From Candidatus Onthoplasma sp. (GTDB taxonomy: Bacteria > Bacillota > Clostridia > Christensenellales > UBA1242), in the NCBI GenBank assembly GCA_045633705.1, contig JAZQYV010000005.1:24561-88560 (forward strand): DNA of 64,000 nt, written 5' to 3'. Every line of letters starts with the position of its first letter. The first letter of the stretch is position 1. Below are positions 1 to 10,208 of this stretch, piece after piece. Under the pieces are notes generated by a model that worked only from the letters and a program-made list of their open reading frames with translations, was not told where the DNA came from and did not search any database. The position numbers and the translations under genes were made by a program.

Positions 1-2
1 TT

Positions 3-998
3 AAATTGCACAAAGTGATACACGATATGGACAATGATGGTATAGAATATGTTGTGATGGAGGTATCGGCACACGCATTAGCGCTTAACAAGGTTGACAG
101 CATTATGTATGATGTTGTGGGCCTAACAAATATTACTCAAGACCATTTGGATTATTTTAACAGTATGGAAAATTATGCAAAGGCAAAATCGCAATTATTT
201 ACATACAAACACGCGGGCAAGGCAATAATAAACATTGATGATAAATATTGTAAGGCAATTGCAAAAAAATGCGAAATACCATACAAAACGTTATCTATAC
301 ATAAGCCTGCCGATGTTATGATTGAAGAATGCAATTTTGAAACAGACAAAACACAGGCGATAATCAATATTGACCAAAAGCAATATATGCTTAACAGCTC
401 GCTAGTAGGCGAGTATAACCTGGCTAACGTGCTAATGGCAGTTAGTTTTTGTGAGGCACTGGGATTTGGGTTAAATGATATTTTGGAAGCTTTAAATGCA
501 TCAAACATTGTTGTGCCTGGGCGATTAAACTTAATTAAAACTCCCAATAATAGTATGGTTGCAATTGACTATGCGCATACACCAGATGGCATTGAAAAAG
601 TGCTTACAACACTAAACAAAATAAAAAAAGGCAAGCTTGTTGCCGTGTTTGGCTGTGGCGGCAATCGTGATGCCAGCAAGCGTGCCGAAATGGGAGGAAT
701 TGCAAGCAGATTGGCCGATTATGTTGTGGTTACAAGCGATAATCCACGTGATGAAAATCCATATCAAATATTAGCCGATATCGATAAGGGCATAGCCAAA
801 CAAAATTATGTTAAAATTGAAAATCGCACAAGCGCTATAAACTATGCGTTGGCAAGTGCGGGTGAAAATGATATTGTTGCCATACTTGGCAAGGGGAATG
901 AGCAATATCAAGAAATTAAAGGCGAAAAATTACCCTATAGCGACTACAAGGTAGTAGAAGATTATTTTAAAAGCGAATTATCATATAATTTGCAATAA
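3..998 (+). CDS. murE: UDP-MurNAc-tripeptide synthetase MurE (5'-truncated by window edge)
   Basis: MEVSAH, TNITQDHLDY, DYAHTPDG, FGCGGNRD, DNPR (meso-DAP-type) and GKGNE motifs; followed by mraY. Confidence 0.95.
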   Translation, partial: KLHKVIHDMDNDGIEYVVMEVSAHALALNKVDSIMYDVVGLTNITQDHLDYFNSMENYAKAKSQLFTYKHAGKAIINIDDKYCKAIAKKCEIPYKTLSIHKPADVMIEECNFETDKTQAIINIDQKQYMLNSSLVGEYNLANVLMAVSFCEALGFGLNDILEALNASNIVVPGRLNLIKTPNNSMVAIDYAHTPDGIEKVLTTLNKIKKGKLVAVFGCGGNRDASKRAEMGGIASRLADYVVVTSDNPRDENPYQILADIDKGIAKQNYVKIENRTSAINYALASAGENDIVAILGKGNEQYQEIKGEKLPYSDYKVVEDYFKSELSYNLQ

Positions 999-1073
999 TG
1001 AAATGATATAAAATTATTGAATGAACAAGAATCGTTAAACTTGTTGCATTGTAAAAAATGAAGGAAGGAAAGT

Positions 1074-2081
1074 ATGATAAAAATTATTGTGGGCTTTATA
1101 TTAAGCTTTGCTGTTGGCGTGATTTTAATGCCGCTTATAATCAAATTAATACGTAAGCTTAGTTGCTCACAAACCATTTTAGAATACGTGGAAGAGCATA
1201 AGTCAAAACAAGGCACACCAACAATGGGCGGTGTAGTATTTTATATATGTACACTAATTGTTGTGGTGTGCCTAATGCGATATAGTACGCCTTTGGCTGT
1301 TGCTATTGGAGTGGGCTTGGGATTTGCGTTGATAGGGCTTATGGACGATTTTATCAAAGTAAAGTTTAAACAAAATTTGGGGTTAAAGCCATATCAAAAA
1401 ATAATTGGACAAGTTGGTATTGCAATAATATTTGCTTGTTACATATATTTCTTTTCGCCCAACAAAGGTGTAATATATTTGCCTTTCACATTTAAAGCGA
1501 TTGACTTAGGGGTTTGGGTTATTCCGCTTGTAATTTTGGTTTGTTTAGCAACCACTAACAGTGTAAACCTAACCGATGGTTTAGATGGACTAGCTGGTGG
1601 GGTAAGCGTAATATATGGCGGAATATTTATAACACTTATCCTTATATTTTCAGGTATTGCATTTAATGCGGGCGAAACCGATGCTTTTGTGGGTATGTAT
1701 AAGGATATGGCGATTGTGCTAGCAATATTGATAGGTTCAATTATGGCATTTTTAGTGTTTAACACTAACAAAGCAAGTATATTTATGGGAGATGTAGGCT
1801 CACTTGGTATTGGTGGGCTGTTTGCATCAGTTGCTTGTGTTACTGGGTTTGAACTTATGCTGGCAATTGTTGGCATTATGTTTGTAATATCAGCACTTTC
1901 GGTAATACTGCAAGTAATATATTTTAAAGCTACCAAAGGTAAACGGATATTTAAAATGGCGCCTATACACCATCATTTTCAAATGTGCGGACATACTGAG
2001 GCAAAGATTGGATATATATATCAGGTTATAACATTAATGATAGGACTTGTAACAATACTTTTAACATTGTTTTTAACATAA
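1074..2081 (+). CDS. mraY: Phospho-N-acetylmuramoyl-pentapeptide transferase
   Basis: KQGTPTMGG, DDFIK, NSVNLTDGLDGL, FMGDVGS and MAPIHHHF motifs; multi-TM. Confidence 0.97.
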   Translation: MIKIIVGFILSFAVGVILMPLIIKLIRKLSCSQTILEYVEEHKSKQGTPTMGGVVFYICTLIVVVCLMRYSTPLAVAIGVGLGFALIGLMDDFIKVKFKQNLGLKPYQKIIGQVGIAIIFACYIYFFSPNKGVIYLPFTFKAIDLGVWVIPLVILVCLATTNSVNLTDGLDGLAGGVSVIYGGIFITLILIFSGIAFNAGETDAFVGMYKDMAIVLAILIGSIMAFLVFNTNKASIFMGDVGSLGIGGLFASVACVTGFELMLAIVGIMFVISALSVILQVIYFKATKGKRIFKMAPIHHHFQMCGHTEAKIGYIYQVITLMIGLVTILLTLFLT

Positions 2082-2108
2082 AAAAACACTTCAATAATGA
2101 AGTGCTTT

Positions 2109-2312
2109 TTAATCTTCTAAACCAGCTAAATAATCTATTGTTACACCAAAAAATTTAGCAACTAGCGCAGCTGAATCAATAGTTGGAATAATTATTCCCT
2201 TTTCCCATTTGTTGATTGCTGCTTGACTAATACCAATTGCTTTAGATAATGCATTTTGAGATAGTTTTTTATCTTCTCTTAAATCTTTTAATTTTTTACC
2301 GAAAATAGTCAT
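2109..2312 (-). CDS. XRE/Cro-CI family HTH regulator
   Basis: 67 aa; LKDLRE..LSQ..LSKAIGIS..INKWEKG..P..TIDYLAG pattern. Confidence 0.85.
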   Translation of the reverse strand: MTIFGKKLKDLREDKKLSQNALSKAIGISQAAINKWEKGIIIPTIDSAALVAKFFGVTIDYLAGLED

Positions 2313-2321
2313 AAGTAACCT

Positions 2322-2415
2322 TTATGAATATAATTATAATAAAAAATCGTTTAAAAGTCTTGACTTATAACTATGATTATAATATACTATAATTGGATTA
2401 TAACTATAATTATAA
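2322..2415. promoter_or_regulatory. Three 18-bp operator-like sites and a sigmaA promoter between divergent XRE genes
   Basis: TTATGAATATAATTATAA (2322-2339), TTATAACTATGATTATAA (2365-2382), TTATAACTATAATTATAA (2398-2415); TTGACT(2360)-17bp-TATACT(2383). Confidence 0.65.
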
Positions 2416-2431
2416 CAAGAGAGGAGAAATA

Positions 2432-2629
2432 ATGAATAATTTTGGTTTAAGATTAAAAAAATTAAGAGAAAGTAGAGGTGTTTCACTTAAGGAGTTGGCT
2501 GAAGCTATAAAAACTAGTAGACATCCACTAGAGTGTTGGGAAAATGGGGAGACGACTATTAAAATTATGCACTTAATTAAACTAGCTAAGTATTTTAATG
2601 TTACAACAGATTATTTGTTGGGTTTGTAA
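2432..2629 (+). CDS. XRE/Cro-CI family HTH regulator
   Basis: GAGGAG RBS then ATG 2432; FGLRLKKLRE..SLKELAE..WENG..VTTDYLLG. Confidence 0.85.
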   Translation: MNNFGLRLKKLRESRGVSLKELAEAIKTSRHPLECWENGETTIKIMHLIKLAKYFNVTTDYLLGL

Positions 2630-2684
2630 AAGTCTTTTATTAATTCAAGTTATTAAACGGACAAACTTTTAATATACATATTGT

Positions 2685-3785
2685 ATGATTAAGTCGTACA
2701 AAAATTCAATTATAATTGCGGTTTGCACTGTTATATTGGTTAGTGTTGGGGTGGTGATGGTTTATAGTGCCAGTAAGTATTCGGCTGACGTAAATTATGG
2801 CAACAAATATTTTTATATGACCAAACAACTAATCGGTGCAGTTTTGGGACTTGCTGCAATGATTGGTACTTCTTTGATTAATCATAAGTTATACAAAAAG
2901 TTTTATATAGTTGCATATATAATTGGCGTTGTATTGCTTGCAATTGTATTTATACCGGGGCTATCAAAAACCAGCTATGGTGCAACGCGTTGGATTAATC
3001 TGGGATTTTTTACAATACAACCTAGCGAAATTGCAAAGTTTTGCCTTGTGCTGTTTTTAAGCGTGGCGCTAACCCAGGGCAAAGATATTAACAAACCTAA
3101 CAAGCTGTTAACCATTTTGTTTGCAGGGGCGGTGTATCTAGTACTTATTATGCTTGAGCCTAATATGTCAATCACTATTTGTGTGGGGCTAGTGTTGGTG
3201 GTAATGCTGTTTGTTGGCGGACTTAACCTTAAAACTTTTGCTCTAGGAGCAATACCCATAATTTTACTTGGTGTAGGCCTAGTTGTGCTAGAGCCATATC
3301 GCATGAAGCGAATAGTGGCGTTTATCGACCCGTGGGAAAATCCATTGGAAGAAGGGTATCAATTAATTCAATCCTTATATGCAATATCAAGTGGCGGATT
3401 ATTTGGTGTGGGGCTAGGCAAAAGCCGTCAAGCACAATTATTTTTGCCATTTGCCGAAAGTGATTTTATATTTTCCATAATTTGTGAAGAACTTGGCTTT
3501 GTGGGCGGTGTGGCAATATTATTGGTATATCTTACTCTTATAATTACAATTATCAAAGTGGGAATCATGGCTAAGGACAATTATTCTAAATTTCTATGTA
3601 TTGGAATTGCCTGCGTGCTGGGCATACAAACCATGCTAAATATTTGCGTTGTTTCCGGCCTAATCCCACCAACTGGTTTGCCACTTCCGTTTATCTCTGC
3701 CGGCTCAACAAGTTTGCTTGTTTTTATGAGTGCTATCGGAGTTGTGCTCAATGTGGATAGGCAGAGCAGAAAAAACAAAATATAA
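2685..3785 (+). CDS. ftsW: SEDS family peptidoglycan polymerase FtsW/SpoVE
   Basis: GATRWI, IQPSEIAK, GYQLIQS, LPFAESDFIF and PTGLPLPFISAG motifs; dcw context. Confidence 0.93.
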   Translation: MIKSYKNSIIIAVCTVILVSVGVVMVYSASKYSADVNYGNKYFYMTKQLIGAVLGLAAMIGTSLINHKLYKKFYIVAYIIGVVLLAIVFIPGLSKTSYGATRWINLGFFTIQPSEIAKFCLVLFLSVALTQGKDINKPNKLLTILFAGAVYLVLIMLEPNMSITICVGLVLVVMLFVGGLNLKTFALGAIPIILLGVGLVVLEPYRMKRIVAFIDPWENPLEEGYQLIQSLYAISSGGLFGVGLGKSRQAQLFLPFAESDFIFSIICEELGFVGGVAILLVYLTLIITIIKVGIMAKDNYSKFLCIGIACVLGIQTMLNICVVSGLIPPTGLPLPFISAGSTSLLVFMSAIGVVLNVDRQSRKNKI

Positions 3786-3872
3786 ATTTTTAATAAAAAT
3801 GTATACATAATGCATGCAAACCGTATGCGTTTTTATTTTTTTATGGTATATTAAGAATGTTGAGGTGTGGGT

Positions 3873-4304
3873 ATGGAAAAAATAATTATTGGTGAAAAAA
3901 TAGAAAATACAAAATACGATTTTCGTGAAACCTGCTTTGGTATTTGTGTAAGAGATGGGAATTTGTTGCTTGTTAAGAAAAACGAACAATTTTCTTTTAT
4001 AGGTGGAGGTGTTGAAGCGGATGAAACACATGAAGAATGTTTAAAAAGAGAGTTTATTGAGGAATCAGGTTACGAAATATTGAATATTAAACCATTTGTA
4101 ACGATAGACTGTTTTTGGTTAGCTGCAGGCAAATGGCCGCTTGAATCACTTGCAAATTTTTATATTGTAGAGTTAGGAGAAAAAGTTTGCGAACCAACAG
4201 AAGAAGACAATATTGTGCAAGAGGTTGATATAAAAGATGTTGAACGGATTTTGCCACTGCCTTATCATAAAAAAGCATTGGAATTGTTAATTAAAAACCT
4301 ATAA
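3873..4304 (+). CDS. NUDIX hydrolase
   Basis: Nudix box GGGVEADETHEECLKREFIEESG; GAGGTG RBS. Confidence 0.85.
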   Translation: MEKIIIGEKIENTKYDFRETCFGICVRDGNLLLVKKNEQFSFIGGGVEADETHEECLKREFIEESGYEILNIKPFVTIDCFWLAAGKWPLESLANFYIVELGEKVCEPTEEDNIVQEVDIKDVERILPLPYHKKALELLIKNL

Positions 4305-4383
4305 TAGAATTTATATATTACATAAAAGAGCAAGTATGTTGCTCTTTTTTAACATATAATAAAAAGCAGACATATACTAATAT

Positions 4384-5646
4384 ATGAATACATATAACGA
4401 TAAATTTTTGGTAGTTGGGGGGAATGAATTACATGGTTCAACCACCATTCAAACTAGTAAAAATGCAGTTTTGCCAATATTGGCAGGGTGTGTACTTTGC
4501 GACAAACCAATACAAATAAACACCGTTCCAGACATATTAGATGTAAGAAATATGTTTGACATATTAAAACAATTAGGGGTTAAAATTGATTACATAGATA
4601 AAAATTGTTACATTAATGCATCAGACATAACAAGCACTACACTTAATCAGGATTTATGCAAGGCGCTTAGGTCGTCAATCTTTTTGCTTGGACCTTTGCT
4701 TGCCCGCATGAGAAAAGCTACAATTTCTTACCCCGGCGGATGTGATATTGGCAATCGTCCAATTGATTTGCACTTAAGTGGGTTGGAAAAATTGGGAGTA
4801 AAAATTATCAAGCAACATAGCTTGATATATTGTGACGCACGCAATATGCGCAGTGGCACGGTTCATTTAGATTTTCCTAGTGTTGGAGCAACTGAAAATC
4901 TTATGATGAGTGCCGTGTTTTTAAGCGGAACAACCAAATTAATTAATGTTGCTAAGGAGCCGGAGATTGTTGACCTACAAAACTTTTTAAATAGTATGGG
5001 CGCAAATATTAGTGGAGCAGGGACTTCCGAGATAACAATTTGTGGTGTAGATAAATTACACGCTACACAATATACCCCTATAAGCGATAGGATAGTAGAG
5101 GGAACACTAATGCTTGCAACTGCAATTTGTGGCGGAAAAGTAAAGCTAAATAATACAAAATATCAAAATAATCAAAGTTTAATTTCAAAACTTTCGTCAG
5201 TTGGTTGCCAAATAGATATTAAAAGTGATATAATATATATAACTTCAAGGGGAAGGCTTCCATCAATAGATTTAATTGATACACAGGTATACCCAGGATT
5301 TCCTACTGATATGCAGGCCCAAATGATGACTTTGCAAGCTGTAAGCGATGGCGTTAGCGTTATTTGCGAAAATGTATTTGAAAATAGGTATAAGCACGCA
5401 AAAGAACTAATTAAGATGGGTGCAAATATAATATTGCGTGATAGGGTGGCGGTTGTTAAAGGAGTTAGGGATTTAACTGGAGCGCCAGTAGATGCAACCG
5501 ACTTACGCGCTGGCGCAGGGCTGGTTCTTGCAGGGCTAAAGGCAAATGGTTATACCACAATTAACGATATTTATCATATTGATAGGGGATATGAAAAACT
5601 TGAAAATATATTAAAGGAATTGGGGGCAGACATTAAACGAATATGA
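4384..5646 (+). CDS. murA: UDP-N-acetylglucosamine 1-carboxyvinyltransferase
   Basis: SKNAVLP, PGGCDIGNRPIDLH, SVGATEN, PGFPTDMQ, DLRAGA and HIDRGYE motifs. Confidence 0.97.
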   Translation: MNTYNDKFLVVGGNELHGSTTIQTSKNAVLPILAGCVLCDKPIQINTVPDILDVRNMFDILKQLGVKIDYIDKNCYINASDITSTTLNQDLCKALRSSIFLLGPLLARMRKATISYPGGCDIGNRPIDLHLSGLEKLGVKIIKQHSLIYCDARNMRSGTVHLDFPSVGATENLMMSAVFLSGTTKLINVAKEPEIVDLQNFLNSMGANISGAGTSEITICGVDKLHATQYTPISDRIVEGTLMLATAICGGKVKLNNTKYQNNQSLISKLSSVGCQIDIKSDIIYITSRGRLPSIDLIDTQVYPGFPTDMQAQMMTLQAVSDGVSVICENVFENRYKHAKELIKMGANIILRDRVAVVKGVRDLTGAPVDATDLRAGAGLVLAGLKANGYTTINDIYHIDRGYEKLENILKELGADIKRI

Positions 5647-6524
5647 CAAAACGTGCGGTTATCATAACCACAAGTATTATTGTGGCTATAGTTGCAAGTT
5701 TGACCATTTTATTTGGCTTTGTTTTTCGCGTGCAAAATATTTTGGTAGTATCGCCTGATGACTTTAAATATAAAAACAATACAAGTCAGATACTAAAAGC
5801 TAGCAGTGTAGGCAAAAATGATAGCATTTTTAATATTGACCGCAATAAGGTGGCTGAAAATATTGAAAAAGAATTTCCTTACGCAAGAGTTGTGGCAGTA
5901 AATCTTAGTGCTACAAGTGTTAAAATAAAACTAACAAACAGAACGCCATTATATCACTTTGTTGAAAATGAAATATATTATATTTTAGATGAAGATTGCA
6001 AAGTTTTGGAAAAATTAACTTTAGATAATTATAACGAAAGGGGCTTAAATTTAATACAATTAACGAACGTGTTTAGCGCTGGCGAAAGTGTAGCTGAAGG
6101 TCAATTTATGCAAAACAAATATACAAATACATGTTCACAGCTATACAAAGCCCTATATTCAAACGCAATGTTAAATATTGGTGAAGATATAGACGTTGAT
6201 GGTATTGCGGACGAGAAGTATCTTGACCGCGAAGATATGTGTGATGTAATTGACAGTTTGGAGTTTAAGCAAGAATATGAACTTTCAGGGCAAGTGGACA
6301 AGCTTGTTATGACAACTAGCCACGGCTGTAAAATTTCAATAATAGAGCCATCAAAGCAAATGGGCATAAAGATTAATATGGCATTTTCGGCATTAAGGGC
6401 ATTAATCGCAGATGATAATGAAACTGGAGAAAATAAATCAACTAGGGGGATAATAGCTATTAGGTATAGCTATGGCGAAAACAACACAACAACCCCTGTT
6501 GCAGAATATTATAACGAACAATAA
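5643..6524 (+). CDS. ftsQ: Cell division protein FtsQ/DivIB (divergent)
   Basis: Single N-terminal TM followed by a POTRA-like segment; position between murA and ftsA. Confidence 0.7.
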   Translation: MTKRAVIITTSIIVAIVASLTILFGFVFRVQNILVVSPDDFKYKNNTSQILKASSVGKNDSIFNIDRNKVAENIEKEFPYARVVAVNLSATSVKIKLTNRTPLYHFVENEIYYILDEDCKVLEKLTLDNYNERGLNLIQLTNVFSAGESVAEGQFMQNKYTNTCSQLYKALYSNAMLNIGEDIDVDGIADEKYLDREDMCDVIDSLEFKQEYELSGQVDKLVMTTSHGCKISIIEPSKQMGIKINMAFSALRALIADDNETGENKSTRGIIAIRYSYGENNTTTPVAEYYNEQ

Positions 6525-6769
6525 CCGGCAAATATGGCGTATATAAACAATAAAGGACACAATATATTGTAAAAATTTTTCAATAATGTGTCCTTTTTTT
6601 ATTGCTTAAAAGTTAACAAGCTATTGTCAAATGATTGAATGTTATATTAAAAACTTTACAAAAAGCATGTTTGACGGCATAAAAATGCAACAAAGTGTGT
6701 TAAAATATTTGACTTATATGCTTTAAATGAATTATAATATATTAAATAATTAGGCTAAAAGGTGGGGTA

Positions 6770-7876
6770 ATGAAGAATTTAACATACATATTTGACATAG
6801 GTTCTTCAAAAATTAGCTTGCTAGCTTGCAAGATTCATAAAGGGGAATCTACAATAATTACAAGCATAAACTGTTCGTATGATGGATTTATGGATGGTGA
6901 GTTTTTTTCAAACGAGCAGTTGGGCGAAGTTATGCACGATTTGTTGAATGAAATGGGCAAGAGGATTGGTAGGTCGGTTGAAAATGTATATATTGGTGTT
7001 CCAAGTGAATTTTGTGCTTGCGTATGCAAACGTGTTACCAAAAACTTTATTCCTGCCAAAAGAATTATCAGTGCTGAAATAGCCACTATGTTTGATGGGA
7101 TTAATGATTTTGCCAACAAAGATGAATATGTAGTAACAAGCTTTAGTCCTCTGCAATTTAACATAGATGGTGTGGTTAGTATGACATTGCCATCACGCAC
7201 AGTAAGTCAATTTAGTATGGATTGCTGTTATGTGTTAGTAAAAAAGAATTTTAGTAAATTGGTTACCGAAATATTAACTGAATTGGGTGTTAAACATGTT
7301 GAATTTATTGCAACAGCACTGGCACAAGGTCAGTTTGCTATTAAGCAGATGGGAAACAGTTTAAATCCAGTTGCAATTGTAGATGTTGGGCATATTACTA
7401 CTAGCGTTGCGGTTGCAAAAGGCGAGGGCTTGATGATGGTTACCTCATTCTCACTTGGTGGCGGGCATATTACTGCAGACCTTATGCAAGTAAACAATCT
7501 AAATTATCAAGACGCTGATGCAATTAAGCGGAAGGTGTGCCTAACCGTGCAAAGCAAGAAAGATGAAAGGTATTTGGCATATAATGGCGAAAAGCCAGTA
7601 AGGGCACTTATTAATATTGCTAATGACATTGTAAAGGCACGAATTGAAAGTATTGCTAATGTAGTTAATAGGATATTGGATTCAAATCCAGCACTAAAAG
7701 ATTTGCCAATATATTTAACTGGCGATGGTGGGTGTCATTTTAGAGGAGTAATAAACATATTTGAAACAGTAACTAATCGTAAGGTGTATTTGTTAAAAAG
7801 CAAGTTACATAATGGCGATGACAAATATCAAACATCAAAAATATCTTTAGCAAAAATTGTTGGAGATTTAGTATAG
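6770..7876 (+). CDS. ftsA: Cell division protein FtsA (divergent)
   Basis: DIGSSKI, VDVGHITT, GGGHITADL and LTGDG actin-fold motifs; immediately upstream of ftsZ. Confidence 0.85.
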   Translation: MKNLTYIFDIGSSKISLLACKIHKGESTIITSINCSYDGFMDGEFFSNEQLGEVMHDLLNEMGKRIGRSVENVYIGVPSEFCACVCKRVTKNFIPAKRIISAEIATMFDGINDFANKDEYVVTSFSPLQFNIDGVVSMTLPSRTVSQFSMDCCYVLVKKNFSKLVTEILTELGVKHVEFIATALAQGQFAIKQMGNSLNPVAIVDVGHITTSVAVAKGEGLMMVTSFSLGGGHITADLMQVNNLNYQDADAIKRKVCLTVQSKKDERYLAYNGEKPVRALINIANDIVKARIESIANVVNRILDSNPALKDLPIYLTGDGGCHFRGVINIFETVTNRKVYLLKSKLHNGDDKYQTSKISLAKIVGDLV

Positions 7877-7885
7877 GAGGGGAAT

Positions 7886-9073
7886 ATGGAAAATTATTAT
7901 AACAATGTGTGTAACATTAAGGTTGTTGGTGTAGGCGGTGGCGGAAACAATGCTGTCAACCGTATGATTGAGGCAGGTATTACCAGCGCATACTTTGTTG
8001 CAGTTAATACCGACCAGCAAGTGCTTAATATGAGTAAGGCTGATAAAACTATTACAATAGGCCGCAAGATTACCAAAGGCCTTGGTGCAGGAGCAAAGCC
8101 TGAAATTGGGCATGATGCGGCTGAAGAAAGTGAACAAGAAATTAGAGATATGTTAGAAGGCAGCAATCTTGTATTTGTAACATGTGGTCTTGGTGGCGGC
8201 ACAGGTTCAGGGGCTGCACCAGTTGTTGCAAGAATTTCTAAAGAAATGGGTATTTTAACGGTTGGCGTGGTTACCAAACCTTTTGCATTTGAAGGCCGCA
8301 AGCGTCAAGAAAATGCTGAAAAGGGGTTGGAAGAGCTTCGCAAATATGTAGACACCCTTGTTATTATTCCTAATGACAAATTGTTAAAGATTTTAAAACG
8401 TGATATTTCATTGGTTGATGCGTTTAGATATGCCGACGACGTGCTTCGCCAAGGTATTCAAGGCGTTAGTGAATTGATTGTAAAGCCAAGCCTAATCAAC
8501 CTAGACTTTGCCGACGTTAATACCATTATGAAAGATAAGGGTCTTGCTCATATGGGCATTGGTAAAGGCCGTGGCGAGTATAAAACAATGGAAGCAGTGC
8601 GTCAAGCCGTTACTAGCCAATTGCTTGAAACCTCGATTGAGGGCGCTACAGGAATATTGATTAATATCACTGGCGGACGTGATTTGTCGCTTGCTGAAAT
8701 TTATGAAGCGGTTGACCTTGTGCGTGATGTAGTAGATAGCGAATGTAATATTATATTTGGTGCAACCATTGACGAAAACATTAAAGATGAGGTGCAAGTA
8801 ACAGTTATTGCTACCGGTTTTGATATGGAAAAACCAGCAAATCAACCAAAGCCAACCACTGCTCCAATTGCACAAGAATTAATTCAACCAGTACAACCAA
8901 TTCAACCAGTTCAATCAGTTGTTGAGCCAGCACAAGAGGAAGAAGAGTTGGAAGAAGAGCAAGATGAAGAAATCCAAGAGCCAGCGCATACAGTGGAAGA
9001 TATTTCATTTACTAGCAAAATCGACCTTGGCGATACATCAATCCCACCATTCTTAAGAAAGATGAAGAAATAA
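7886..9073 (+). CDS. ftsZ: Cell division protein FtsZ
   Basis: [25 protein letters not shown] and C-terminal IPPFLRK. Confidence 0.98.
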   Translation: MENYYNNVCNIKVVGVGGGGNNAVNRMIEAGITSAYFVAVNTDQQVLNMSKADKTITIGRKITKGLGAGAKPEIGHDAAEESEQEIRDMLEGSNLVFVTCGLGGGTGSGAAPVVARISKEMGILTVGVVTKPFAFEGRKRQENAEKGLEELRKYVDTLVIIPNDKLLKILKRDISLVDAFRYADDVLRQGIQGVSELIVKPSLINLDFADVNTIMKDKGLAHMGIGKGRGEYKTMEAVRQAVTSQLLETSIEGATGILINITGGRDLSLAEIYEAVDLVRDVVDSECNIIFGATIDENIKDEVQVTVIATGFDMEKPANQPKPTTAPIAQELIQPVQPIQPVQSVVEPAQEEEELEEEQDEEIQEPAHTVEDISFTSKIDLGDTSIPPFLRKMKK

Positions 9074-9093
9074 AATATACAATTAAAAACATT

Positions 9094-9129
9094 TAAAAGG
9101 GTTTATTTGTTATGAACCCTTTTATTTTT
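9094..9129 (+). terminator. Intrinsic terminator after ftsZ
   Basis: AAAAGGGTTTA / TGAACCCTTTT stem followed by a T-run. Confidence 0.7.
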
Positions 9130-9244
9130 GATTGATATAAAAATTTTTAATACAAAGTGTTGACAATGGATTAATTATTTGTTATATTATTATTGTGCAG
9201 TTGGTGCATATATTTTTTTGTGCCAATGGCATGTTTCAAAAATA

Positions 9245-9354
9245 AGCACTTGCAAATATTTCTTGTCGGTTGCCTATTGATTTTGGGTGATGATAGCTAA
9301 AAGCCTAAAAGCAAAGGTTGGCAGGGGAGTTTAGTTTGCAAGGAAGACTAAAAA
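9245..9354 (+). promoter_or_regulatory. rpsB (S2) leader RNA structure
   Basis: GCAC-TTGCAAAT...GGTTGCC...GATGA...TTTGCAAGGAAGACTAAAA; long pairing in the 5' UTR resembling Firmicute rpsB leaders; promoter TTGACA (9160)-TATATT upstream. Confidence 0.6.
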
Positions 9355-9370
9355 CAAGGAGGAAAAATAA

Positions 9371-10186
9371 ATGTCTGTTATTTCAATGAAACAATTACTT
9401 GAAGCCGGCGTTCATTTTGGTCACCAAACTAAGAAATGGAACCCAAAGATGAAGAAGTATATCTTCACTGACCGTAACGGTATTCACATCATCAACCTTG
9501 AAGATACATCTAAGCAAATTGATAAAGCTTATATGTTCATTAAGGAAAAGGCTGCTAGCGGTGCCAGCGTATTATTCGTAGGTACTAAGAAGCAAGCATC
9601 TGAGACTGCTATGCAAGAAGCAGAACGTGCTGGTATGTACTACATCAATAGCCGTTGGTTAGGTGGTACACTTACAAACTTCAGCACAATCCGTACACGT
9701 ATCGAGCGCATGAACAAGCTTAATACTATGGAACAAATGGGCGATTTTGAGTTGCTACCAAAGAAGGAAGTTATCAAACTTAAGGCTGAACGTGACAAGT
9801 TGCAAAACAATTTGTTAGGTATTAAGGATATGACAACACTTCCAGGACTAATCATCCTAGTAGACCCTAAAAATGAGCACATTTGTGTTAAGGAAGCTAA
9901 GCGTCTTGGTATTCCAGTTGTTGGTATCGTTGATACTAACTGTGACCCTGATGATGTTGATGTTTGCATCCCAGCTAATGACGATGCAATCCGTTCAGTA
10001 AAGCTTATTCTTAATGCTTTGGCTGACGCTATTATCGAAGGCCGTGACGGTGTTGTACTTCGCGATATGAACGCAAGTGATGATGATGTTTCTATGGACG
10101 CAGTTGTAAAGTCTACAGTAACTAACAAAGTTGCTGATGAAAAAGAACAACCTGCAGAAGAAACAACTCAAGAAGAAAATAAATAA
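9371..10186 (+). CDS. rpsB: 30S ribosomal protein S2
   Basis: [25 protein letters not shown] and PANDDAIRS. Confidence 0.98.
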   Translation: MSVISMKQLLEAGVHFGHQTKKWNPKMKKYIFTDRNGIHIINLEDTSKQIDKAYMFIKEKAASGASVLFVGTKKQASETAMQEAERAGMYYINSRWLGGTLTNFSTIRTRIERMNKLNTMEQMGDFELLPKKEVIKLKAERDKLQNNLLGIKDMTTLPGLIILVDPKNEHICVKEAKRLGIPVVGIVDTNCDPDDVDVCIPANDDAIRSVKLILNALADAIIEGRDGVVLRDMNASDDDVSMDAVVKSTVTNKVADEKEQPAEETTQEENK

Positions 10187-10208
10187 TATAAAAGGGGAAA
10201 TGATTTTT

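Noticed and set aside
996-1070. AATGAA-like words after the murE stop as another heptamer element
   Set aside because: Not in 7-bp phase and lacks the GATGCTTTNGCATT tail.
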